Source of the DNA: an uncultured delta proteobacterium
GTDB lineage: Bacteria; Desulfobacterota; Desulfomonilia; Desulfomonilales; Desulfomonilaceae
Direction: 5' to 3'
Length of the DNA stretch: 64,000 bases
Assembly (NCBI GenBank): GCA_963789265.1
Contig: CAWBKB010000001.1
Location: 2,464,001 to 2,528,000 of the forward strand
In this document: piece after piece, positions 19,608 to 28,977 of the stretch
Position numbering within the stretch: position 1 is the first letter of the stretch
Layout of the letters: the number at the start of each line of letters is the position of its first letter
Program-made: the position numbers and the translations under genes
The notes under the pieces: generated by a model
The model's database searches: none
Told to the model about the DNA's origin: nothing
What the model saw: the letters and a program-made list of their open reading frames with translations, nothing else

Positions 19608-19901
19608 TCAGGGCAGACCGGCAATGATTTTCCGGTATTGATCCTCTGGAAAAGCGGTAAGAGTCTCCGAGCGAAGCGCACCTCGCGAACCGATGGAGAG
19701 AGCTAACTTTGCTGCTGTTTCATCGTCCGGCCCCTCCACGACAATGACCATGTCGTACCGGCCCGTCACGAGGTAGAAATCTTTGATCCGCGCTCCCACC
19801 GCTTCAAAGGCCTTCTTGGCCGCATCGAGCCGAGCAGGCCCCTCCTTGATGTTTTCAATCCCCTTCTGCGTTAAGTTGCACAACACGACATAAGTTTTCA
19901 T
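19608..19901 (-). CDS. GYD domain-containing protein
   Basis: 97 aa; FYLVTGRYD..VEGPDD..AA and RSETLTAF pattern. Confidence 0.85.
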   Translation of the reverse strand: MKTYVVLCNLTQKGIENIKEGPARLDAAKKAFEAVGARIKDFYLVTGRYDMVIVVEGPDDETAAKLALSIGSRGALRSETLTAFPEDQYRKIIAGLP

Positions 19902-19994
19902 AATGGTTCCCCCCTTCATATATTGTCCCCGGTGCTTCCCTCAAGCTGCATTCAGTGATTTGTCTAGGTGCGCTTGCAGTTCCCTCTTTTTTTT

Positions 19995-20223
19995 CGATTC
20001 GGCGGACTGGAAAGTCCGCCCCACAGGTCAAGTTGCAATTCCAATAGTCTATTCTGTGGCGCAGGCTTTCCAGCCTGTGATTTAAAGGTTAAGATATTCA
20101 ACCCAAATTTCTTTTTGGTTCCCCTTCTTGTACCGATTCGGCGGACTGGAAAGTCCGCCCCACAGGTCAAGTTTGTAAGCTTCACAGTCCCAGCTTGTGG
20201 TGCAGGCTTTCCAGCCTGCGATT
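19995..20223. repeat. Two tandem units of paired GTGG-type REPs (~139-bp period)
   Basis: Exact 40-mer CGATTCGGCGGACTGGAAAGTCCGCCCCACAGGTCAAGTT at 19995 and 20134, each followed by TGTGGYGCAGGCTTTCCAGCCTGYGA. Confidence 0.9.
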
Positions 20224-20289
20224 TTAGGCAGCCGGCCACTCTCATCCCTGAACCTAGCCTTGATGGCTCCTGAAAAGCCTTGATTTTTT

Positions 20290-23200
20290 TCACAGCCTCG
20301 CCAGCGCCTCCTGCGCCTTACCCAGCCAGTAGTCCATTCCCATATCCCGGAACATGCCTTCGGCCTTTTTCAGGTTGTGAAGGGCCTCTTCTCTTCGGCC
20401 CGCCTCAGCGTAGGCCTCTCCGAGATACAGATAGCCCCCACTAGAATAATATGGGAGTCGCAGTTGGTCAGCCAGGCTTATCCCTTGCAACATGAGCTGT
20501 TCCGCAGCCTCAATTTGGCTTGGTTCGGTTTTGGCAACTACCTTCCCGAGCCAAACCTTCGCGAGCGACTGAACGTGTCTCTCGTTGTTTTCCAGAGAGA
20601 ATTGAAGAGCCAACTCTGCATGCGATCGTGCTTCCTCAATGTCGCCGTGTTCGAAATGTGCATGGCTGCAGAAATAGTGGCACGCTCCTTTCCAAAAAGG
20701 CAAGCCAAGATCAGTGTGCATTTCAAGCCCTTTCTTGGTCAGATCGACGGCAGTCTTGGACTGCCCCATCAAGCTGTGCGCCCATCCCAGCCAAGCCCAT
20801 GTAGCGCCCAGTACATATGCTGTTTGGGATTCTTCCATGTATCTGATAGCATCCTGAAGATGAGCTGCTGCCCTTTGCCCGTCTCCCTTCATTGCAAGCA
20901 CACATCCGTAAACAAGTTCTACTTGCCCTAGAGTACTCAGATGATCCATTTCGAGGGCGAAAGACAGGGCTTGCTCAAGCAGCCTCTCGCCTTGACAGAA
21001 ATCCCCACACACTCCGGTACTTGTGCCCCACAGCGCGCGAACATACGAATAGGGGTTAAAAGGTAGACCAAATAATTCTGCTTGCATACTGGAGGTCTCA
21101 ATCAGGCTGATGATGCCAGGAGCAACACTGATTATTCTGTAGTAATCTCCCGAAGCTATGCAAGACGAGCACAGGTTAACCCCTAGGGTGACCATGAGTT
21201 CAACATCCTGTATCAAATCAGGATTTCCTAAACAGCTCTCCATATAATTCCATCCGAGTTCGGGATTGCCGCCCCCAAAAATATAATAAACACCCAAAAT
21301 ACTGCGTACATGCAGTAACTTCTTGTCATCCCCAAGCTCTTGAGCCAACGCCTCCGCGTCTTGAAGCATTGGAAGATAATCATCCTGAGACCAGCCTAGC
21401 CTTCTCACTGGCACATTCATCCCCAGAACCAGATCTATCTGCTCTCTCTTATTCTCTTCTTTTGGGGGCAATAGCGAGAGGACCTCCATCCCTTCCTTGT
21501 AAAACCGGACGGCTTCGAACGTTGCGTCATTTCGCACAGCCTTCTCCGCTGACCCCTTCAGGTACAAATATGCCTTCTCCAGATTCCCGCTCTTCGAATA
21601 ATGATAGGCCAACATCTCGCAGAATTCTTCCAGCCGCTGCGGATAGAGCTTTTCAATGGCCCTGCCGATCTTCTCGTGGATCTCCTTTCTCCGGTTGATA
21701 AGCAGGCTGTTGTAAGCGACCTCTTGAACCAGTGCGTGCCTAAATATGTACTCAAGGTCAGGGAAGAGGCTCTTCTCGTAGATGAATTCCAGCCCTTGCA
21801 GGTTCACCAGTCCTGATTTCAGTTCCTCTTTCATCTCCGTGATCGTTTCGAGGATACGAAAGGCAAATTCTCGCCCTATCACAGCGGCCACTTGCATGAT
21901 TCGCTTGAGACTTTCTTCCAAACGGTCCATGCGAGCCGCAATGATCCCCTGAATGGTATCCGGAACTTGCACGCTGGAAATATCCCTCGTCAGGATAAAC
22001 TGATGATTCTTTTTCTGGATGGACCCATTCTGGAGTAGGCTATGGGTAAGCTCCTCCATGAAAAGCGGGTTACCTGCTGCCCGGTTGAGTATCAGTTCCC
22101 TCAGCTCGGGGACCACGTCTCCGCCCTCAAGGATTGCTGCGACGAGTTCCGTGCTTGTGCTCGTGGAGAGATGTCCCACGCCAATCATGCTGTAATAGGA
22201 CTTGCTCCCCCACTGATGGGTATATTCGGGGCGGTAGAGAAAAAGCAGGAGAATGCGGGTCTTTGGCAGCCAGCCGATCATGTAGTTGAGGAACTCTTCG
22301 GTGGTCTTGTCTATCCAGTGGAGGTCTTCAACGACCAGAACAAGCAACCGATCCTGGCTGCCCCGAATCAGCAGGTCCCGGATGGCTTCAAAGGTTTTTT
22401 CCCTCTTCTGTTTTGGCTCCAGCTTGGCGAAGGCTTCATCATCGACCTTCAGAGACAACAGTTCCTGGTATGGTGCAATGACGTGTAGAAGGCTCTCGTC
22501 AAGCCCAAGGATTCTCTCTTTCAGCTTCTGCCTGATTACGTGCTCTTGCTCCCCTTCTTTGACTCCGATGAAAGACCTCGTAATGTCGAGTATGGGCAAA
22601 TAGGGCATAGAGCCACCATAATGAAGACATCGCCCCTCATAATACCAGTGCTCACCCTTTGGAAGAGTGTTTCGGAACTCCAGTAGCAGCCTCGACTTGC
22701 CTACCCCAGCTTCGCCCACGATGCCCACTACCTGGCCTTCTCCTGATTGAACCTTGTCGAACGCTGCTTTCAGCGTATCGATCTCATGGGTGCGGCCCAC
22801 AAATCGGGTAAGACCCTTGGCGGCAGAAGCAGCAATTCTCGTTTCAACCTCTGTGGGCTTTATGAGTCGGTATGCCTCGACAGGCTCCTCTTTTCCCTTC
22901 ACATGAATCTCACCAATGGGATCGAACTCGAAGAACTCTTTGGCCTGTCTGTATATGTGGTTTGATACCAGCACACTGCCGGGCTGGGCGCTGCTTTCCA
23001 TGCGAGAAGCTAAGTTTGCCGTATCTCCTTGGGCTGTATAGTCCATCCGCAGGTCATCACCGATGGAGCCGACCACCACAGGGCCGGAGTTGAGGCCGAT
23101 ACGCATCTTGAAATCAATTCCATAACGGTTCTTTAAGGTCTCGCTGTACGGTATCAGGACCTGCTGAATAGCCAGAACCGGCATGGCAGGCTCTCTGTGC

Positions 23201-23663
23201 ATGGTCCTCGTGCGCGATGGGCGCGCCGAAAAGAGCCATCACCCCGTCACCGCGGAACTGATTGATTGTCCCCTCGTACCTGTGGATCTCGTCCATCAGG
23301 AGGCGGAAACACCCGTCCATGATCTCATGAACTGACTCAGGGTCGAGGGTTTCAAACATGCACGTTGAATTGGCCACGTCCGCGAAGAGGATCGTGACCA
23401 GCTTGCGTTCCCCCTCAATAGAGCTGCGCGTGGTGAGGATCTTTTCCGCAAGATGCTTGGGGGTGTATGAATGAGGCTGGTCGTAATCCAGAGGCTTGGC
23501 CTCTTTCGGCTTGCGGAGGTCGTGGCCGCAGTCACCGCAGAAAGTATCTTCCGGAAGAATTTCGGAGGCGCATTGCGGGCAGGTAAGTGCGAGTTTCCCT
23601 CGACACTTTCTGCAGAAACTTCTTGCTCTCAGGATTTTCCGTCTGGCACTTTGGGCATTTCAT
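20290..23663 (-). CDS. Double zinc ribbon-class III nucleotide cyclase-AAA ATPase-TPR protein; frameshifts near 23616 and 23177
   Basis: MKCPKC..FCRKC..CPQC..FCGDCG; VTILFADVANS, GDGVMALFG, GDTANLASR; GEAGVGKSRL; VEDLHWID; helical repeats. Confidence 0.88.
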
Positions 23664-23744
23664 GATCGCCTCCCTGACCTTAATGAATTGGTTCTAACGA
23701 AGTTTTGCCGGCTCTCCTTCAGCCTTCGTTACCCACCCGTCAGT

Positions 23745-23900
23745 GTCGGGCACGGCCCAACCTATCTGGAGGTTTCTCCGTTATTTCGCTGTAGGGCGGC
23801 CCGTGGCCGCCGTCAATAATTGACAATCCTTTGTCGACTCATAAAACCGTGTCGGGCATGGGCCGACCTACCCTGGTTGAGAGGCTGGTGGCACACCGTC
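23745..23900. repeat. Cluster of GTAG-type REPs
   Basis: GTCGGGCACGGCCCAACCTA, GTAGGGCGGCCCGTGGCCGCC, GTCGGGCATGGCCGACCTAC; same unit recurs near 59038-59058. Confidence 0.75.
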
Positions 23901-23951
23901 TTGTTATCGGGACCTCTTCATGGAAATACGATTCGCGGTCTGCTCGTGTGG

Positions 23952-24245
23952 CTATGGGAGCTTACCAATCATTCCCACAAGCTGTTCTTTAGTGAAAGCA
24001 CGCATCGTGGTAGTCCTGACGCTTCCCCCTGCGCCTAATCCCAGCATGAAGGTTGCAGCGACCTCGTCACTCGGAGCCTCCGCAATGCCAATGTAGTCAT
24101 ACTCCCCCATCACGAGGTAGAATGCGATCAATTTGCCCCCCATAGCTTCAAGGGCCTTTACCGCCTCTTCAAGGCGCTTGGGTGCGTCTTTGATGTTTTT
24201 GATTCCTTGCTCCGTCAAGTTCATCACACTGATGTAAGTTGGCAT
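23952..24245 (-). CDS. GYD domain-containing protein (second paralog)
   Basis: 97 aa; FYLVMGEYD..AEAPSDE.AA; aligns without gaps to 19608-19901. Confidence 0.85.
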   Translation of the reverse strand: MPTYISVMNLTEQGIKNIKDAPKRLEEAVKALEAMGGKLIAFYLVMGEYDYIGIAEAPSDEVAATFMLGLGAGGSVRTTTMRAFTKEQLVGMIGKLP

Positions 24246-24278
24246 GACTCTCCCCCCTTTCCGATTTGCCGTCCAGTC

Positions 24279-24544
24279 AGTGTGCCACCAAATTGAAAGC
24301 GAATCTCATTCTTAAGGATACGGAAGCACGCAGCCACGTTTTGGTGAATCTGCTCGGGATCGAGCTTCTTGGTCATGGACGTGTAGCCGGTGAGGTCTGA
24401 AAATACGGCTGTGACGTGTTTGCGTTCCGGCTCGGGTGTTAGATGGGGCTTCGCTTCAGGCGGGGCTGACTTCAGTGCTTGGCCGCATTTGTGACAGAAG
24501 TTCGCTCCATCGGGAAGCTCAGTTTGACATGCGGGGCACTCCAT
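24279..24544 (-). pseudogene. N-terminal fragment of a zinc-ribbon/cyclase gene
   Basis: MECPAC..FCHKCG, ERKHVTAVFSDLTGYT..LDPE, then loses similarity before GDG. Confidence 0.8.
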
Positions 24545-26318
24545 GGTTTCCCCTCCTTGGCCGCCATAGACTCATCGCTAAGACAGCCTTGCCAACTCCT
24601 CTTCAGCCCTCGTCACCCAGCCGTCTGCGCCGCATTCCCTGTAGATGTCTATGGCTTTGCCCAGTTGCTCTCTGGCTTTTTCTCTGTCGCCTTTTCGTTT
24701 GAATAGTTCAGCGTAAACGGCATAGTCCCTACCCAAGCTGAACATCGTTTGGTTTCGTTTGTCCGCTTCGATGGCCTCATCGATCCAATGCTGAGCTTCT
24801 GGGATTTGCTGATTACCGAGAATCAAAAGGATTTCGGCGAGGTACCTGCGCATCCAGCCTTCCTGCGCCTTGATCTTATTATCTCGGACATAGCGATGGA
24901 GCCCTTCCAGTTCAACACTTTTCTCCCCACTCAAGGCTTGTGCCTTTTCCAAAGCCATCCTGCTCAAGTTCGACATAGAAGGGAGCAATCTCACGGAGTC
25001 AAGAAGCTCAGTGGCGTCTCGACAGCAAATCTTGGCAACTTCGTATTCCCCGATCTCAAGGCAAGTTTCTGCGAGAGCAAACCACGCCAAGGTACCAAAA
25101 AAATTGGATTGCACCTTTTACCAAGATCTACAGCCTTTGAAAGGTGGTCTCTTGCTTCTTCGAGATAGCCTCCACCATAACAGGAATAACCATGAATGCT
25201 GTGTCCTATTGATCGTGAGTATATGTCGCCGCTCTGCTCAGCTAGCCTCAATGCCTCACCACTGGTTTGATAGCTTAGTTCAACTTGCCCATGCAATAAT
25301 TGGAAATAGCTGTGGGTGCTCTTGATGGCTGATACACCCCAGAGGTTGTTTGCTGCCATGTTGATCTCGATTGCTTTCTCAACAAGGGATAATGCCTCTT
25401 CGAATTGGCAATGAGAAGCTAACACAACTGCCAGGTAATAGCTTGCGAGGACAGCGGAAAGCATGTCGCCCGTTTGTTCGGCAAGCTCCAGAGCACGCGT
25501 GAGATGTTCGAGAGCTCTGGGAAAATCCTCTTCAACGGAGTAATCGAAGGCTCCTATAACTGTGTAAATCTGAGCTAGTCGCCTGTTGTAACCCCTTTGT
25601 GCTGCCGACTCCATTATCGGATCTATTATCTCTTTAGCTTTGCAAAAATAGTTCATTTGCGTCAGATAAAGGCCCAAAACCGTTCTGGCATCTATGATCT
25701 TTATCTGCACTTCTTCACTGGCTGGTAACCGCTCCAGACAAGCTATGCCTTTCTCCGCGTACAGGATCGCATCACTGAGTGAAGCTGTCTTCTCTGCCTT
25801 CTTGCTGGCGAGTCTGCCATACCGGGCACCTTTCTCATGCGCGTCACCGGCAAGAAAATGCTCTACTAGGGCTCCGTAATGATCGGTTAGAATGTCCCTG
25901 TAACTGTTCTCAATGATGTTGCCGATCTTCTGGTGAAGCAGCTTACGTCGTTTCGTCAATATCGAGTCGTAGACCACCTCTCGGGTGAGTGCATGTCTGA
26001 ACACGTATGTGGATTGCGGGAAGATCCCTCGTTCGTAGAGAAGCTCCGCATCCTTGAGAACAGAGACATGGTAAAGCAATTCTTGCTCCGGCAATTCTGT
26101 CACTCCCTTGATCAGCTCATAATTGAATTCCCTCTCTATTGCCGAGCAAGTGTAGGATTTCGAATTGAATGGACAGAAAAGGGGTGAAATTTTCAGAATA
26201 GGTTGACCTGGCAGGGGAAAATATCAGAATAGATGGACGGAATGAAGAGGGCGGTGGCTTGACGGAGCTACCGCCCGAAACATGTACGGGCCGTAAGGCC
26301 CTACAAAAGGATGTTCTG

Positions 26319-26765
26319 ATGATATTCCCTGTTCTTGTTTCCATCAAGGAGATAGTTGCGAGGGGGCGGGATTTTCCTTGGCCGAGACCGGAGGCGTGCC
26401 CTCGGTGTGAGGGGCGTCGGGTCTGGTATCATGGCTTTGTCCCTGCCTTTTTTGACGGTTTTTCTGAACAGCTCTTTTTGCGACGGTATCGCTGCCCGGA
26501 GTGCAGGTGCGTGATGAGGGCGCGACCATCGGGCTATTTCAAACGGGTACAAGCGTCTATCGAGACGGTCCGTTCGTCCATCGCTTTCAGGCTGGAGCAT
26601 GGGAGATGGCCCGCAGGCATTTCACGGTCTCGGCAGGGCCATTGGCTGAGGTCTCTTACACGGAGAGTGTGTGCCCGGTTTGGGCAGGAATGGAGCAAAC
26701 GCCTGCTGGAGGGATTCGATGAGCTGATACTCAAAAATGAGAACCCGGTTTCCCGTCGCATCTAA
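26319..26765 (+). CDS. Small basic Zn-finger protein of the transposon (DUF6431-like)
   Basis: CPRC..WYHGF..RRYRCPEC; AAGGA RBS before ATG 26319. Confidence 0.75.
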   Translation: MIFPVLVSIKEIVARGRDFPWPRPEACPRCEGRRVWYHGFVPAFFDGFSEQLFLRRYRCPECRCVMRARPSGYFKRVQASIETVRSSIAFRLEHGRWPAGISRSRQGHWLRSLTRRVCARFGQEWSKRLLEGFDELILKNENPVSRRI

Positions 26766-26869
26766 TCTGCACTGTCCATCGACGCTCACACACCCTACCG
26801 AAGAGTGTCGTTGTCCTGGGATTGTCTTGGGAGTACCACCCCAGACAACATACCCAAGGAGGCAGATCG

Positions 26870-28171
26870 ATGGAGGAAGATAAGAAAAAGCAGATTGCAA
26901 CGTTTCGGTTCGGGGTGATTCATGACCTCGTAGGACATGCGGCGCTCGAACCTGGCGAGCAGGAGAGGCTCATAAGGGACAAGTGCGACCGAAAATGGGT
27001 GATTCCATTCTCGGACAAGACCCGTATTACCCGGAGCACTATCCTGCGCTGGGTGAAGCTCTACAAAGACTCTGGCGGCAAACTGGAGGCGCTGGCTAAC
27101 CATGATAGATCAGATCATGGGAAGAGCCGCGCCATAGATGAAGAGACCGGTTTGGCTTTGATCCGTTTGAGGGCGGAGCTTTCCAAGGCAACGGTCGCCC
27201 GGCTGATCCGTGAGATGAACAAGAGACGACTGGTATCGCCTGGCATCACTCTCACCGCTACAACGGTACACCGCTTCCTGAGAACCAATGGTCTGATGAA
27301 GGGAGATGAGGCCAGGCTCGAAGATCGACGGAAATTCGAAGCTGAGTTACCGAACGATCTGTGGCAGTCCGACTGCATGCATGGCCCGAGCGTGGAGCAC
27401 GAGGGGAAGAAGAGGAAAACCTATCTCCTTGCATTCATCGACGATCACTCTCGCCTGGTTCCTCATGCCGAGTTTTATCTCACCGAGTCGCTTCCATCGT
27501 ATTTGAAAGCCCTTGAGGAAGCCCTCTTGACCAGAGGACTCCCCAGGAAAATCTATACCGACAATGGGAGCGCCTTTCGTTCCCATCACCTGGAGCATGT
27601 CACCGCGAGCCTCGGGATCGCCCTTATCCATGCACGGCCGTACAAGCCACAAGGCAAAGGGAAAATCGAGCGGTTCTTCCGCACAGTGAGGGGCGATTTT
27701 CTGTCCGGCTTCAAAGGCACTACGCTTGCCGATCTGAATCAAGCCCTCTTCTTCTGGCTGGGTGACATCTACCACCAGCGGGTACATTCTTCCACCGGCC
27801 AGACTCCCTTTGCCCGGTTTACGTCACGTATGGAATGCCTGAGAGAAACTCCCCGCAATCTCAGGGACTATTTTCGCAAGACCGTGCGACGAAGAGTAGC
27901 AAAAGACAGGACCATAAGCTTGGACGGAAGGATCTTTGAAGCGCCTGTCCCCCTCATAGGCAAACAAGTCGCCCTTCTATATCACGAACAAGAGCCGGAT
28001 CAGGTCGAGATCATGCTCGGCGGAGTCTCTTTCGGCATGGCTGCCCCAGTAAATATCCACGTCAATAGCCGGGTGAAACGGGACAAGTGGCGAAATATAG
28101 AGCTTCAATCCTCCGAGGAGGCAGAAAAATACCAAGGTGGAAGTCTTTGGGGAAAGAAGGACCGTACATGA
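26870..28171 (+). CDS. DDE transposase (rve core, Mu-transposase-like C-terminus)
   Basis: LWQSDCMHG, FIDDHSR, YTDNGSAF, PQGKGKIERFFRT, HSSTGQTP, RRRVAKDRTISLDG; AAGGAGG RBS. Confidence 0.95.
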   Translation: MEEDKKKQIATFRFGVIHDLVGHAALEPGEQERLIRDKCDRKWVIPFSDKTRITRSTILRWVKLYKDSGGKLEALANHDRSDHGKSRAIDEETGLALIRLRAELSKATVARLIREMNKRRLVSPGITLTATTVHRFLRTNGLMKGDEARLEDRRKFEAELPNDLWQSDCMHGPSVEHEGKKRKTYLLAFIDDHSRLVPHAEFYLTESLPSYLKALEEALLTRGLPRKIYTDNGSAFRSHHLEHVTASLGIALIHARPYKPQGKGKIERFFRTVRGDFLSGFKGTTLADLNQALFFWLGDIYHQRVHSSTGQTPFARFTSRMECLRETPRNLRDYFRKTVRRRVAKDRTISLDGRIFEAPVPLIGKQVALLYHEQEPDQVEIMLGGVSFGMAAPVNIHVNSRVKRDKWRNIELQSSEEAEKYQGGSLWGKKDRT

Positions 28172-28977
28172 GCACCAACTATCGATCTTTCTTCGGCATG
28201 AGCCGGGAGGCGTTCCCCACCGACATAAACATCAAGGACATTCTGGAAACCCAAGACATTGCAGCAATCAAAGAGCGCTTTGACTATACGGTCAGGTTGG
28301 GAGCTATTGCGACCCTCACCGGCGAGGTGGGATCGGGAAAGTCCACGGCTCTCAGGTACGTCATCTCAAAGCTCCACCCATCCGAATACAAGACCGTGTG
28401 GATCACTGCCTGCTCAGGCTCCATTCTGGAGTTTTATCGGCTCTTCCTCGCTGAATTCGGTATTCACATGGCGGGATCACAGAAAGCCATCATGGTGCGC
28501 CTTATCAAGAAGGCAGTACGGGAAGTGATCCTGGAAAAGAAGATGAAGATCGTGCTGGTGGTCGATGAGGCATCGTTGATGCGTCTGGAGGTCTTTGCCG
28601 AGATCCACACCATCACCGTCTTCGAGGCTGACTCAAAACCGTGGTTGCCTATTGTCCTGACCGGGCGGAGCAACCTCATCGACAAGCTCATGTATCAAAC
28701 CTCCGCTCCGCTCGCGTCACGAATCGTCGCACGCAGCCATATGGAGCCGGTCAGCAGGCAGGAGATGGAACAGTACCTCTCTCACCATCTCTCTCTCACA
28801 GGCGTCAAATCCAGCCTCTTTGACGACGCTGCGATCACCGCAATCCATCAAGGCTCAGGAGGAACATTCAGGAAGGCTAACCATCTGGCAAGAGGCGCTC
28901 TCGTCGCAGCGGCAAACAACCAATCCACCATCGTCACCGCAGATCACGTCAGACTCGCAGCTACCGAAATCTTTTGA
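28168..28977 (+). CDS. ExeA-like AAA+ ATPase (transposition helper)
   Basis: Walker A GEVGSGKST, Walker B LVVDEA, LASRI, IHQGSGG..R..N; ATGA overlap with transposase stop. Confidence 0.9.
   Translation: MSTNYRSFFGMSREAFPTDINIKDILETQDIAAIKERFDYTVRLGAIATLTGEVGSGKSTALRYVISKLHPSEYKTVWITACSGSILEFYRLFLAEFGIHMAGSQKAIMVRLIKKAVREVILEKKMKIVLVVDEASLMRLEVFAEIHTITVFEADSKPWLPIVLTGRSNLIDKLMYQTSAPLASRIVARSHMEPVSRQEMEQYLSHHLSLTGVKSSLFDDAAITAIHQGSGGTFRKANHLARGALVAAANNQSTIVTADHVRLAATEIF

Noticed and set aside
19995..20223. Possible mini CRISPR array (exact 40-bp repeat twice)
   Set aside because: Only two copies, the ~99-bp spacer itself holds a repeated hairpin, and there are no cas genes; it fits REP doublets
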